A DNA stretch of 63,653 nucleotides, filler included, from Choristocarpus tenellus KU-1152 (GCA_964200185.2; 12 parts of 12 records of this genome joined end to end with filler, not necessarily neighbours in it), one strand, 5' to 3'; shown: positions 1 through 13,238, numbered from the whole stretch's first letter. Made by a program: numbers and translations. Notes: generated from the sequence alone by a model not told the origin.

Positions 1-79
1 AATCAGACTGAAAATCCGTTCATAAACCCGCCCCCCCCACTGAATCGAGTCCCTGCCCCCCCCCCCCCCCCACTGTCAC

Positions 80-3000
80 CTCAGAATTATCTTGGACGTC
101 TCAGTCTTTCCCGCACCCGACTCTCCTGACACTACAATAGACTGGTTTGCACTAGCCTTTCCCTTGCCCAGACGCATTTGGTTGTAGGCCAGCTGTCAAG
201 GAGGGGGAGGGGGGGCATTGGTTGAGTGAGAGTCAAAGTATCTTAGAAGGTAGAGCCGCATCCATTTGGGGGCCACAATCTAATGTTGCGATTTTGACGT
301 AATTTTGGGTATTGTGTTTGTTAGGAAGTGTCAATATTAGGAAGTGTCAATATCCTTCTTCCGGACACACCTTTTCATGACTATACATTTTATCTACTCC
401 GAAACATTTTGGAGTAGGAAAATGTCATAAAAAAACCCATGGGAAGCCAAGCCCCAAATGTACAAACAGGGCCAAACTCGTACCCTCTAAGATACTTTCA
501 CTCTTGAGCAGCACGTCTCAGAGTCATCGGGTGGGCTGCACAAGCCGAGAACAGATTAAGCTAGTCACAAAAATATATATTCCCATCCCAGCCTTTCAAG
601 AAAATCACTCACCCCAAATACTAATATACAGATTTTCCTGTGCCAGCACTAAAAAAGAGGGTGTTCCCAAGGTATCATATTTACACCAAAGCAGAGGGCT
701 AAGCTCTCATACATATTGTTGACTCCAAGGAATCTTAGCGGAGTGAGGGCAGCAATATCTACCACCATCCATGTGCACAACACACCTGAAGACAAGAAAT
801 TTCTGTACTCAACAAGAAATTTCCCACGAGGCATGTATGAGTTGAGAGACAAGCAATAATGGTCCATATCCACGCTATCCACAGTGCAAGCAACATTTTG
901 GACAGGCTTTGACTTAGTCCTGGTCAAACAACGACATGCATCCACTAAAAAAAAAAACTCTATCAACAGAATTGAACCCAGAAAGAGTAAGGGAATGAAT
1001 CTTCTATGGGGAGGACACCAATTGAGAGCAAAGTGTATAGTTCACGTCAATAATGAAAGTATTACTGACATTGGTTATGCCCTCAACATGCTAGTACTTC
1101 ATCAAGACCAGGACGAACATTAGAGGATAGTCAACAAGTTGCAATTCAACCATTACGTCCACAGGAGAAGGCCTACAAGCCGACATTCCACACCCTACAA
1201 TAACCCCTCCAGAACAATCTCACAAGTCCTGAGGTAAGGAAGTGGAGGTACATCAGCCCCAAAGCTTCAGTAACAACAAAGGTCAACAACGAAACACAGT
1301 AGAGGACCATCTGACAAATCGCCATTTCATCAGCTACAACACTTTCTGGCCAAGCCCAATTGGAAAACACAGTATCACTACTTCATACAGAAATCGGAAT
1401 GATCAGGGGTAAAGCAAGAAGTCGATGAAGGTTTTGAATATCTTACAATGGAAACAACAACACAAGAAGTTCGTTTGACTTGTGACCCATTGCATTCTAG
1501 GGGGGGGGGGGTGCCGTTTAGACCAAGTTGTCCATTCAGGGCTTGATGGGATTTTGTAAGAGAACACAGTTTGGTGCCATCTTCACAGATGATTTTCCTT
1601 CAGATTTGGTCTAGGCAGGCGGATGAGAAAGTAAGGTTAGTTCAGATGAAATAAATAGCTCTTACATCTGGCATGTTCACTTACATGAGATTAAATCAAC
1701 ACAGGGTCACACAGACCCCCAAAAAGGATGCCTGACCACCCTTACATAGGATACAAAATATGACACAACATAGCATAATTGTAACATGATGTATCCACTG
1801 TACATGGAACATAGTCCACCATGCCATCAGTACAGAATCAGTGTGCAAATGCATACCATACAAAATATTATCTACACCAGTGCTCTCACACAACTCTCCA
1901 CACATAACAACGACCCCAATCAAGATACACACAGGATATCAGTTGCCACAGTTATTGCATAAACAAGTCAATCGAAGCATTGAGCACAAAGCAAGAAGCA
2001 TTAAAAAAAAGACACCATGTCTCCTCCCAGATGACACAAAGTTATCATAATCACACAACCCACCTCTGCAATGGCATACGGGTGGGGTGTCTCTGGGTTG
2101 AGGGGCCGGTTCATGAACACAGACATTTCAGGATCTTTAACAAACCGAAGAGGATTTACAGCTATCAAGATTGTGCCCTGGTGGGGGAACAGAGGGATGG
2201 GGGGTATTTGTCAATGGTACTCGAATATATATTATACCAGCTCATATGAGAGAGAAGAGATAACAGGAGTTGTGTACACGAGGAGAGAAAAGAACAGTAT
2301 GCTTTCTTACACATTGCAATGAGTGTATCCTGGGTAAATCCAAAAAAATGCCTCTGAGGATGAAACACATGCACAAAATTGAGTCGTGATTAGAGCAAAG
2401 GAGATACAATAAGAAAATCTACATAAACTGGGAGTACTCTTCTCACTGAGCATAAGCCTCCAACAGTCTGCCTTTGAAGTACCACACAGGTATAGAAATA
2501 TTGGTTTGTACTTCACGGAACACCTTTACCATACTACTACTCATAAACTTCGAAGAAATAATGTAGCTTTACAGGAGACTTACCATAAAGGTGTAAGGTT
2601 TTTGATCTCTGAGAGCAGACCTCTCCCCCAGGTTGTACAATATGCCAGCCTCATGAATGTGGTGCATGGCCGTCATATCCGCTACGACCTTCGGGTTCTG
2701 GGGGTATGTCTCTCCAAAACCCTAAGAGCACATGCAGGTAGACCAATAACAGGTGTCAGACACAGATCATATAATTGCCTATAGCTAGCTTGCTTGTTCA
2801 TTGGGATTGGGGCTGCATTTCCTCGAGTTCAGAGTTGCGTGCACTTGTACTTCTCCATCAAATCGAGGAAAAAACAGGCCCTCACATTTCTAAAACATTT
2901 GGCATCATAGTGGGTTTCGAGGGGCCATGTGTCACCTCATTCACATTCATACAGTCATCTTGCGGTCAATCCACTGAACCAATGATCTTGCTTTTGCATA

Positions 3001-3504
3001 TGGCGACCATGCGACATGGTTGCGATTGTAGGGGGATTGTGCCTCAATAGCATCAAAGACAAAAATGACCTTACGTGTAGTGCTGGAAGACATCAGACCT
3101 ATCATCAAGACGCTGGTAGAAGGGAAATTTGGTAGTGTCGCCTGTAACACTTCGAAAGTCAAATACATGCCCATTTTCCTCTCAAGATGACCGAGGGTTG
3201 AAGGTGTGTCCATCATCGTGGTGACCGGAGAGATTGAACCCTCCCATGAAAAGAAGAAAATTATTACTAGTAACATGTACGTCGCGATGCATCTCACCAT
3301 ATCAATGTCTGCAGTCTGTCCAGTGGACTTAAATTTGACAGTAAGGATGGTGTTGTCTTGACGTATCACTTCCGCTGACTTCCACACTTCCTCCAAGTCA
3401 TCGGTCCACACCAAATCACCAGCGGAAAATTTCTGTTCGGCCTTCATGTAGCGTTCGGACTCTGTAGCGGCCGCACCCGCATTCACATTGCTGTTCGGAG
3501 GCAT
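80..3504 (-). CDS. Myosin heavy chain, N-terminal SH3-like domain plus start of motor domain (exons 1-4; continues off the window start)
   Basis: GT-AG, phase-compatible exons: 3504-3298 (MPPNSN...AGDLVWTDDLEEVWKSAEV...DIDM), 2721-2584 (GFGETYPQNPKVVADMTAMHHIHEAGILYNLGERS...PYTFM), 2177-2064 (GTILIAVNPLR...PHPYAIAE), 192-80 (LAYNQM...NQSIVVSGESGAGKTETSKIILR). Contains the myosin P-loop GESGAGKT and the ILIAVNP and PHxYA motifs. Confidence 0.97.
230..503 (+). mobile_element. MITE family A copy (about 270 bp) in myosin intron
   Basis: TIR GAGTCAAAGTATCTTAGAAGGTA...TACCCTCTAAGATACTTTCACTC; central TACTCCGAAACATTTTGGAGTA hairpin; internal 16-bp tandem duplication; flanks GTGA/TTGA. Confidence 0.85.
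760..1440 (+). mobile_element. Degenerate Ty1/copia reverse transcriptase remnant in myosin intron
   Basis: Broken-frame motifs in copia order: GMYELR (like LYGLKQ), CIVHVNN (like VHVDD), VLHQ...RIVNKLQF (like LHQxxYxxxILxKF). Many stops and frameshifts. Confidence 0.45.
1484..1640 (+). mobile_element. MITE family E partial copy (related terminus; second copy at 8705-8836, possible other end at 4732-4838)
   Basis: Aligns by eye with 8705-8836 (GTCC...TCRGGGCTTGATG...CAGTTTG...GATTTTCCTT...GGCAG). Starts with GACCCATTGCATTCTAG plus a G-tract, similar to the family A/B terminus. Confidence 0.5.
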
Positions 3505-4036
3505 CGTTTTGCCTGTGCCAAGTAACAGGGGGGTGAAATGCGCGAGTAGGGACTGAACTCTGATCCGAAAACTACCTCTGAGTGAATAGGTCAACGCAGC
3601 AGAGCACAAGGTGGCGCAGATTGTTTGCTATGCCCGGTCTCCTTTGAAGCTCTCTACCTTTCTGGACCTACTCTTGTCTTTGACACAAGAAGCAGCTCTT
3701 CTGAATAATTAATGAAAATGTTATGAGGTACAAGGAAAACCTTTCCTTCTCTGTATCGACAAAATATTTTACAACTCCACTATTGATTTGTAGCTCCGAT
3801 TTTAAAGCACAGAAGGAGCACAATATCGAATCGTCCTTTCGACCTACTTGCCTACACAATACTGTATTTGGTGTAGGTGACGTCACTCTGTCATAATAGT
3901 ACTATTAATATATTAGTAGCAGTTGATACTAGGAGTAGTAGTAGTGGTGGTGGTGCAGTATTAACAACCAACTTCAAGGTCCGATATTCCAAGAAATATG
4001 ATACGGATCAGTCACTTTTAGAACATTCCTTGACAT

Positions 4037-4174
4037 GGGTCAAAGTATATGGAGGGGGTGATACGCGATTCTTTGGTGATTTGATTTCATGGGTCGGATG
4101 AATAATGTAAGTGCAATTCTCCTGGTCAGGACCCGAATGGACACCCCAGTGTAGGTCCATAGATACTTTGAGTC
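4037..4174 (-). mobile_element. MITE family B short variant
   Basis: GGGTCAAAGTATAT...AGATACTTTGAGTC termini; internal CGGATGAATAATGTAAGTGCA and GAATGGACACCC motifs of family B; flanks ACAT/TCAT. Confidence 0.75.
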
Positions 4175-4508
4175 TCATACATGAAAAGGACAAGGAAAAG
4201 TTGCACATGTACTCTCTTATGTCGCCGATATGAAATGACAACATGGAGAACAAGAATAATTCGTTTCGTAGACATCCATGTATGTGCCATGTCTATCATT
4301 CAATGTAAATCCTTATGTTGCTAGGAAGTTTTATTAAACGTAGTATCCAAGAAATTCCTTCTAGTCCAATCTCAATATTAAGCTGATGCTCAAGACAGTT
4401 TCCGTTTTGTTGTCAATCTGTTTCCACTTGCTTCGTCGTTGCTACTTGTTTGAAACAGAATCATCAACGGCCACCTTGCGTCAGTCAAAAAGCACCCCAG
4501 TGCAGTCC

Positions 4509-4631
4509 GACCCAAAGTATCTTAGGGGGTAGAGCCGCGTCCATTTGGGGGTCAAAATCCAATGATGCGGTTTCAATGTAATCTTGGCTACCGTGTTTGT
4601 TAGGAAGTGTCATTATCCTTGTTCCAGACAC
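4509..4631 (+). mobile_element. MITE family A, left half truncated by contig end
   Basis: GACCCAAAGTATCTTAGGGGGTAGAGCCGCGTCCATTTGGGG... matches the family A left end. Confidence 0.8.
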
Positions 4632-4731
4632 NNNNNNNNNNNNNNNNNNNNNNNNNNNNNNNNNNNNNNNNNNNNTTAATTAATTAANNNNNNNNNNNNN
4701 NNNNNNNNNNNNNNNNNNNNNNNNNNNNNNN
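4632..4731. other. Artificial contig spacer (first of 11; others at 8837-8936, 13799-13898, 19309-19408, 22458-22557, 34715-34814, 40830-40929, 44964-45063, 51414-51513, 57433-57532, 60939-61038)
   Basis: Identical 100-nt N44-TTAATTAATTAA-N44 cassette; the core gives stops in all six frames. Confidence 0.98.
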
Positions 4732-5138
4732 GGAAAGATGCGAAAGCAGGGTGGAAAACGGGGATAAGTACCTCCCCCTTCGCTTGGACCCTGAGGGGCG
4801 GGGGGGGGGGGAAAGGTCTACACCAGGTACTTTAAGCCTTTGGCTGTGTTACAGACACCTCTCCTGAGGCTTGTTGAAGGTCAGGGTGATGTACAGTTGC
4901 ATGAATGGGTTATAGTGTACACGGTTGCTTGTCATTGGACCATAGTGCTAACTCTTTGTCATACTTAATGGCATTCCAAATGTGAGTAAGCATTACTGTC
5001 GTGAGCTGTCTCTCTCTCTCTCTCTCTCTTGATCCTCCCTCCCATACCTTCGGTGCCTAATTTCCAAGAGTGTGTCCCCCTTCCCTGTTGAGACCTTGAT
5101 TGACAAATGATCCAAAGGAGACCCTTAGAGTGCATGCA

Positions 5139-5396
5139 GAGTGAAAGTATCTTAGAGGGCATGAGTTTTGCCCCGTTTGTCCATTTGGGGCTTGGCTTCT
5201 CATGAGTTCTTTAGTGCATTTTGCTACCCCAAAATGTTTAGGAGTAGGTAAAGTGTTTGTGTTAGGAAAAAGTGTGTCAGGAACATGGATATTGACACTT
5301 CCTAACAAAAGCGATAGCAAAAATTATATCATAATCGCAACATCCGACTTTGGTCCCCAAATGGACGTGACTCTACCCTCTAAGATACTTTGGCTC
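5139..5396 (-). mobile_element. MITE family A copy with perfect 4-bp TSD (TGCA)
   Basis: tgca-GAGTGAAAGTATCTTAGAGGG...CCCTCTAAGATACTTTGGCTC-tgca. Confidence 0.9.
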
Positions 5397-5586
5397 TGCA
5401 GCCTGTAGATCATCTCATCTATGTCTTGTTGGCATGTCATGGGACTCAGTACTTCTCCAAGTCCTCACGATCATTCTGTTGTAGTCTCCTGACGACAATG
5501 TCTGAGACCAGTCTTGTTGGGGCTGGTAAGTGTTGAGTCCACCATGTATCTTCTGCCACACTACAGTGATGCCTGTTTTCTGAAAA

Positions 5587-5849
5587 GACCCATAGCATTT
5601 AAGAGGGTAGAGCGACGTCCGTTCGGGGTCATAAATCCATTGTTCCGATTTTGACGAATTTTGGCTATTGCGTTTGTTAGCAAGTGTCAATATCCTTGCT
5701 CCGGAGACACCCTTCATAGTTATATAATTTTAGGGTTAGGGTTAATGTCCACACAGAAAACCGAAAAAGGGCATAAAAAACCCGTGGGAAGCTCAAGCCC
5801 CAAATGGACAAAGAGGGAAAAACTGATACCCTCTTCAATGCTTTGACTC
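5587..5849 (+). mobile_element. MITE family A divergent subfamily; central hairpin replaced by TTAGGGTTAGGGTT
   Basis: aaaa-GACCCATAGCATTTAAGAGGGTAGAG...CCCTCTTCAATGCTTTGACTC-aaaa; body collinear with family A. Confidence 0.75.
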
Positions 5850-6069
5850 AAAAACACCTCGGACAACCACAAGTGTCAGACCATGCAAAAAACTCAGAAA
5901 ATATACATCAAGGTTATCATGTAGCGGGCACAGTAGGAATAGTGAGTTGACCTTTGCACAGAATAGAGTGGCCTGTATGTCACATTGAAACAATAGGTTG
6001 AGTTAACCCTGTAACCTTCCCTCTTCTACCCACTGAGCCCCTTGGTTTACTTGAAATTGGTGCCGTGTT

Positions 6070-6323
6070 GACTCAAAGTATCTGGGGGTGGGGTGGGGGT
6101 CTACACCAGGCTGTCCATTTGGGTCATGACCAGGAAAAGTGCAGTTACATTATCCATCAAACTTACGTAACCAAATCATACAAAAACCGCGACATGAATA
6201 AATCGACCCCAAATGGACAGCCGCCACCCCCCCCCCCCCCCCCCCCCCATTATGCCGTTTGTGGTTCGTTTTTTTTTGNNNNNNNNNNCCCCCCCCCCCC
6301 CCCCCCCCCAGATACTTTGAGCC
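6070..6323 (+). mobile_element. MITE family B copy with perfect 4-bp TSD (TGTT); small internal N gap
   Basis: tgtt-GACTCAAAGTATCTGGGGG...CCCCCAGATACTTTGAGCC-tgtt. Confidence 0.85.
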
Positions 6324-6694
6324 TGTTGGTTTTCATATGTATGGGTATACCCTGCCCTTGATTGTCGAGAGAACTGTTTTTTTCAATGTTAGGTAGGTAG
6401 GTATTGTAAAACTTTCTTCTTAAAAATAAAGATAGGTTGTTTTGTTTATCCTGTCTACCACACAGCGACAGTCTCCTGATCACGATCGGTCACATTTTGA
6501 GGAGGGGAACGAGGGTGAACAGGCGGAAGATATTGCAAGCCCCTTGTCCCCAAAAGGGATCTAAACCGACCCCCCTTTTAGAACTCTATTGCTGTCAAAT
6601 GCTGTCGTAAACCTCTTCAACAGACCATATGCAGTGATCATCGAGAGTCTTCATGCTTGTACCCCCCTGCTCTCACTGGGGGTGCACTCTACAG

Positions 6695-7594
6695 GTGCCT
6701 GGAAAAACGGAAGACGGAACGGTATTGGCTCGTTCCAATCTGGAGTATCTCGCGAGGTATATAAGGGCAAGTGGGTGGGAGATGTTCGGTGTGGAAAAGG
6801 TGAATGACCCTGCACATGCAAACCTCAGTCATGGAGGTCCCTGCTTTATTGCTGGGGACTTGGAGGGATTTGAGTGAAAGTATCTTATTAAGAGAGGGTA
6901 CGAGTTTTGCCCCGTTTGTCCATTTGGGGCTTGACTTTCCATGTTTTGTTTTTTTAATGACATTTGCCTACTCCGAAATGTTTCGGAGTAGGTAAGTGTA
7001 TACGTTACCAAAAGGTGTGTCTGGAACAAGGGTACTGACACTTCCTAACAAACACGATAGCCAAAACTACATCAAAATTGCAACATTGGATTTTGGTCCC
7101 CAAATGGATGCGGCTCTACCCTCTAAGATACTTAGTCGCACAAATAAGTCTCCTTCGTTCTCCTTGGAATATCCCCCGAGCCCTCATCTTGGCATGACTT
7201 ACCTGAGCGTATACATGGCAGTGGGCAACCCTTTTTGAAACGAAAAATACATCATGATCAGAGCTTTTGAGCATTGATAGCGGGTTGTAGTAAGTAAAGC
7301 TTGCTCTCGTTTGCTGGCGGATTGTTCTTGCCCACCACTCCTGGGTATGGACTCAACACTGTGTGCATTCATATTTTACTGCATGGGGCAGGTACATGCG
7401 AATATGCTTCTGGCACAAGGTACCAGGGGCTGTGGCTTGACGGCCTCAGGCATGGGGCAGGCGTCCAGACAGACAGCACTGGGACCAGACGGGAGGGCTA
7501 CTGGCACAAGGACAAACCCGTGGATGAAGCTCCAGAACTCGTGGCTTCTTGTATGGGCACTTGTGACCGTGGTTCTGTGAGGTCCACAGTCTGA
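6695..7594 (+). CDS. MORN-repeat protein, last two exons
   Basis: Exons 6695-6799 (GAWKNGRRNGIGSFQSGVSREVYKGKWVGDVRCGK) and 7392-7594 (GTCEYASGTRYQGLWLDGLRHGAGVQTDSTGTRREGYWHKDKP...stop) join in phase 1. YxGxWxxGxRHGxG MORN consensus. Upstream exons not found. Confidence 0.88.
6872..7137 (-). mobile_element. MITE family A copy in MORN-gene intron
   Basis: GAGTGAAAGTATCTT...CCTACTCCGAAATGTTTCGGAGTAGG...CTACCCTCTAAGATACTT; one end slightly eroded. Confidence 0.85.
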
Positions 7595-8070
7595 GGAAAT
7601 GCCACGCCAAACTGTACCCTGGAGATGGTGTCTCTTCCTTGCTTTGAATAATTCGCCTATGGCATCGTGAAAAGTACACATGCTACCCACTGAATCGGGG
7701 CAGGTGTTAGGGTTAGGGTTAAGTGATACTCTGGAGTACCTTGTTAATATAATATACACACATGTGTATGCGTGTGGAACTTGGGGACTTGGAAGGGGCT
7801 GGTGGTGGGAAAGACATGTGTTCTAGCGTGTGCAGAACCTTTGAGATTTACTATGAATATTATGCTGTATTACGTGCTGTCATACATGTACTTTGAAGAG
7901 CCCTGTACAGGTCTGGTCACTTGCAATTCAAAGGCTGTACTGCTACTGTTTAATATAATTATGTTATCCCTGGAACAAGGGCCCCCAAGGATTGAAGAGT
8001 TGAACACATGCCCCCTATACCCCTTTAAGCTATCCGGGCTCAAGAAACACGAGACTTGCCTTCTATTTGA

Positions 8071-8327
8071 GAGTGAAAGTATCTTAGAGGGTACGAGTTT
8101 TGCCCTGTTTGTCCATTTGAGACTTGGCTTCAGCGTTTTTTTTATGACATTTTAACTAATCCGAAATGTTTCGGAGTATGTAAAATGTGTAAAATACGAA
8201 AGGGTGTGTCGGAACAAGGATATTGGCACTTCCCAACAAACATGATAGCAAAAATTACATCAAAGTCGCAATATTGGATTTTGGTCCCCAAATGGACGCG
8301 GCTCTACCCTCTAAGATAATTTGACTC
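8071..8327 (-). mobile_element. MITE family A copy
   Basis: GAGTGAAAGTATCTTAGAGGGTA...TACCCTCTAAGATAATTTGACTC; TSD not preserved. Confidence 0.85.
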
Positions 8328-10186
8328 AGAGCTCTATAGCAAGATGAGCCACAATAAGGAGCCACAGAGCGGCATGACTTTCGACTGATTGTTCAATCCA
8401 AGCAACCCTGGTGAACACAAAGCATTCGCCCCATCTCACAGCAGTCCTGGTGCTCTGGGCGCTTCCTTGGGATCTCCCAACTACTATTTCCCCTGCTCCG
8501 TTGAATAATAATGTGTAGCTTTTATTAGACTGCCCACCATATTAGGGGTGATCGTTCTGATGAAGTCAATTGTTGGCTGGTTGTAGCGAGAGACTAATGC
8601 CAGGCATGAATGCATTCGTTAGTATGGTAGCAAGGCAACTACTCAAAAGTTCCCAAAAACAAGTAGCATGGCACTAAAGGTTGGACTTGGTTGGAGCAGT
8701 CAATGGTCCATAGTATCTTAGAGGGCGGGGAGTGTTTATCCCAGGTCGTCCTTTCGGGGCTTGATGAGGGGTAGAAAGATACCCCAGTTTGATGCCCGTT
8801 TTTCGGGCGATTTTCCTTTGGACTTAGTTCTGGCAGNNNNNNNNNNNNNNNNNNNNNNNNNNNNNNNNNNNNNNNNNNNNTTAATTAATTAANNNNNNNN
8901 NNNNNNNNNNNNNNNNNNNNNNNNNNNNNNNNNNNNTTAAAATTACAGAAAAAAAAACGTTGTTTAACCGAAACGAACGCCCCCACAAACCCCCCCCCCC
9001 CCCAAGATACTTTGACGCAAAGGCACACATTGTGGCGAACCAGTCTGTATCATTGTCATCAGACAATCGAAGGAGTTTCGTGTGGAGCCCGCCTCAGGCC
9101 ACTCCAGCTCCCCCTAGCTTGAGTGTATTGATTAAGGGCGCTTAAGCCTGTTGAATGGCTTTGTGAAGGAAAGGCTCGTCGCCAGAAGCTGCTGGCGGTT
9201 TACATGGTGAACATACACTGGTCTGTGAACTGTCCTATGTCCTTTTGTCTTCTAGTCATCCATTATCACTGACGCATGGCCAAGACTGACTCATCATATA
9301 CTGTTATGTACGTTTACTACTCTGTATTGTACCGAACTAAAGATATACAATGTACATGAACTAAGATTGCTGTTAGGCTTTGTCCTTGATTCATGTTTGT
9401 CAAGCACTCATTCTGAAAGGATGGTACCTTTATCTGCTGACCTGATACCTACCATCCTCGCTGGACAGTAGCCTATCGGTGTACCTCAGGAGTCCTGTAC
9501 GTGCATCAGCGCCATCCATAGGCTTGTGACTGGAGTTATTCCTTTCGTGGAGGTAAGCATTGAAGCGTGTTGTAACAATTGCTCATTCATTCACTCTCGC
9601 TTCTATCTTAGACAACACAATACTTCTTACTCTGATCTCAAGTCAAAGTGGTTCGGTGTTAATTTGTGGTTTTGGTTGGTTACTAGAGTGTAATTGTTTT
9701 ACCTTGTTTATCCCCCCTTATGTTGGCAGTAACTAAATATAAAATCAAAGTCTCCCCTGCTTGTATATCAGGTGAACAAATGATATTGTGCGCCTCGTGT
9801 TGGATTTCCACGTTGTTGTTTCCTGCTCGTCGTGGCAATCAGCATGTGCCTCTACGACTGCTAGGAAATTATTGGAGTGAAAGCTGTGCAATATAGGCTG
9901 ATAGTCTATATGGTTTATAGGTATTTAGTGAACACTACGAGACAATAGGAATGTTGACTAAGTGGAACAAGTATCATTGATTGATTCGTGTTCGTTTGCG
10001 TAAAGTAATGAGCTCAAATCTGAGATGATCGATTTCTTATTACTTGATGTAAATGGACTGATGGAGGAGTTCTGACATAGTTCTACTAGCTACACATGAT
10101 AAGTGACATAGTACGATGTAACGTCAGGACACGTTTTGATGTGTCAGCTGATATATGTAATAAACAATAAAATAATAAGAGAGAGC

Positions 10187-10338
10187 ACCCCCACCACCGA
10201 GGGCTGGCTCACTCCACTAATAAACATATCCATACAGCATAATGAAAAGACTATTGGAAAACCCCCCCACCACCGAGGGCAGTGCTCACTCCGCTAATAA
10301 AAACATCCATACAGCATAATGAAAAGACTATTGGAAGA
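10187..10338. repeat. About 75-bp tandem duplication (2 units)
   Basis: CCCCACCACCGAGGGC...CTCACTCC...CATCCATACAGCATAATGAAAAGACTATTGGAA occurs twice. Confidence 0.85.
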
Positions 10339-10904
10339 GTTCTCTTATTGCCCAGTTCATTAGCAACATCACTTCAACAAAATCATATACAGGCACAGAG
10401 GCGTGAACTTGGAGAATCGACAACACACGTCGTACACACCACAGCCCTACCACATGGTTCAACCTTAATTTCAACCCACGTAAACAAACATTCCATAAAC
10501 CCTTCCATTCAATACAAAAATCCAACATGGTGGAGCTTTGTTCTCTAACTAATTCTGCATCCACATGTAGTTGATGTATCCCATTGCCAATCACGGGAAT
10601 ACATCCTACCTCACCCTCTCACTCCATATACGTGTCACTCCCATGGCAAGGGACGGCCACCAAACCTGTTTGTTATTTGTATGGTCGGACTTCAGTTGTA
10701 TTACGAGGAGATTGAACGGACATGTTCGAAGTAGAGGAGTTTTTCGTTTGGTAATAGGTTTGTTTTCCCTAAGCAGAAATATTGTCACTTGAATTCGTGG
10801 GCTGCTCATTTCTAATTTATATTTGAACCTCAAGAACTCCTGCAACAAACCTATTTCCTGCAATAAAAATTATTGATAGTTCGTTGTTGTTTCGTTGGTT
10901 AATG

Positions 10905-11410
10905 TATACCTTTATTGATGATGATAATGATGGTGATGATATGGCAGTGGCAAACGCAACAGGAGGTCAGTCAGATGATAGTAGAAAGTTAAGCACAGTG
11001 AATGTACAGCATCCAACAGCAGTAGTAGCTGTGATATTCTATTCGTAGTAGTAGTTATTGAGGAAGTGGGCAGGGTTAAGATAATTTCGAGTGTTTGTAG
11101 TAGTACTTTGTTGTACAACTACAGCAACTCGATGAGCATGATGTATTAGTAGTACCAGCAGCAGCAGTAGCAGCAACAACAATAACATATATTGATACTT
11201 GTAATAGAGGAGAAAGAGAGGAGAGTATTCATGGTGATGATGATACCGCAGTGCCAAAGAATGGTAGTTGGTGATAGAAACAATTGAAATAATTGCGTAG
11301 CGGTAGTGGTGACAATACAACTACTTAATACCAACTACTATTTGCTACTGCTGCTACTGCTGCTACTACTACCAAATAGGTTACTTATAGTAGTGAACGA
11401 TGATGGTGTG
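10905..11410. repeat. Degenerate trinucleotide low-complexity tract (TGA/TAG/CAG/CTA/CTG)
   Basis: Runs of gatgat, tagtag, cagcag, ctgcta visible directly. Confidence 0.7.
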
Positions 11411-13238
11411 TGGAGAACAACTACTAACAACAAACAGAAACGAACAGGAACGAAAAGAGGGAATAGTTTAGGACACTTCGAATTGACACTTCTTCGATTC
11501 AGTACCATTGGTACTATTGTCAAATACTCTTTTTCCACACCTACGTTTTAACATATAAGAATGAACTGAGGTGATTACTGCCTCAACGTTGCAAATCATA
11601 GCTTTCACGACGAAGAAGAGTCCTCGTACCTTGACGGGTTTGAAAACGTCTTTCCCATTTACTACAGCTGAACGTTTTCAGGGGTTATTCTGATATTTGA
11701 TTGGCTTTTCACTGGCTTTTCCTCTCACACATCTAGAAAATGTCTGAGGGCATAATAATAAAAAATACACCCGTAGACAATTATTGCAAGTTATTAATAC
11801 TGGACGACTGTACGGTACAGGTTTTAGTCAATGGTATGTTAATACTAACATGTTGATGATGAATGTTGTAGATTGTAAGAAGACATTCGTTTCAGAATTG
11901 ATGAAGAGATATAGGGTTGGTTCCCTTTATTTCTGGAGCTCTTGAGTGGGTGAAGAGTTGTTCCTGATTTTATTAGTGGAATTTCCAGACGGCCGAGATA
12001 TTGTGTCGATCTCTAGATAAATCAATAGTAGGAGACATTTTGGAGTGTTCTTCAACATGTGTTAGTCCTTTAGGTAGTAAGCATATTCTTTTGTCTTTTT
12101 GATTGCGACAATTTCAGTTGGACTTATAGTGAATGTTTTTGGTCAAGTCTAAATAGCTTCTTCCAATGAAAAGGATTTGAATATATGAAATTGTATGATG
12201 GCCAGAGCAGGTTGGGTCTGGTTGCATTTATTTATCGCTAGTATAAGAAATAGGACAAAGGAGGCAAATTGTAAGAAACTTCTCACTAGTAAGCAAACTA
12301 CTTGCCTGTTTGAGGTGGATGGATTTTCTAGATTTTGGTGGTTTTGGTGATGATTTGTTGAATAAATCTTAAGGTTTCTTCTGGCAGTTGGTTATCCTGA
12401 ATGGATTCGAACAACATTTTGTACTGCAGTATGTTAATTAGTTTTATGTAAGTTACACCAGGGTTGAGTGAGATATTGACTCTTTCTGCATCGGACAGAT
12501 TTTTTTCTCGGAGATTCTTTCATATTTCCGACCCCTTCAGTCTAGTTCAGTACTGCAACTACATGACTGTATGATGAGTACATACCATTGTTGTGAACTG
12601 TGTGAGAACTGGTGCCATATCATTTACTGAGAAATGAGGATATTTGGATGTTCGTATTTTTTTGTATGTGAACAGTGCCCACACAATGCATCACACACAA
12701 CCTAGTAACTTCGTCTACACAAGGTTTCACTACTCGCAGTGATGGTGTCAGTGGAACGATATGACTGTGAATATGACTGGTGAAGGTATAAGAGTTGTAT
12801 ATATGTTGACAACGATATGTATGTATGTATGTTGGTGGTATACCTTCCAACGTCACATTGAACTGAAGAAACCCCCCAAAATATATCTGCGTTGAAGTAC
12901 TACACAGTATATTTCCATATCCACTGACATCTTGCAGAGATGTGTCCCAGGGTAGGGAGAAGATAAAAAACCTGAGCTACACAAAATACTTCTCTTAATA
13001 CAATTGTGAAGTTTTGCCGTTTCCAAAACACACGTCCTTCATCACATAATATAATCTACGTCAACTATACAACAGTGTCCCCCTGCGAAATTGCTCCCTA
13101 GGAACCACTGTTTTGCACTGCTATACCTCCAGCCTAACCCGACATGGATGGGTAAGGACCTAGGAACACCGCACACTGGAAATCGAGAATTGGTCATTTT
13201 GCGAGGATGAGCCTTTGATAGGTGGATGTGCACTTATA

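Noticed and set aside
2947-3297. C-terminal part of the 220-aa ORF as myosin sequence
   Set aside because: Intron read-through; myosin homology resumes at 2721.
9020-9850. Exon-like segments with GT/AG boundaries
   Set aside because: No consistent open frame or recognisable protein.
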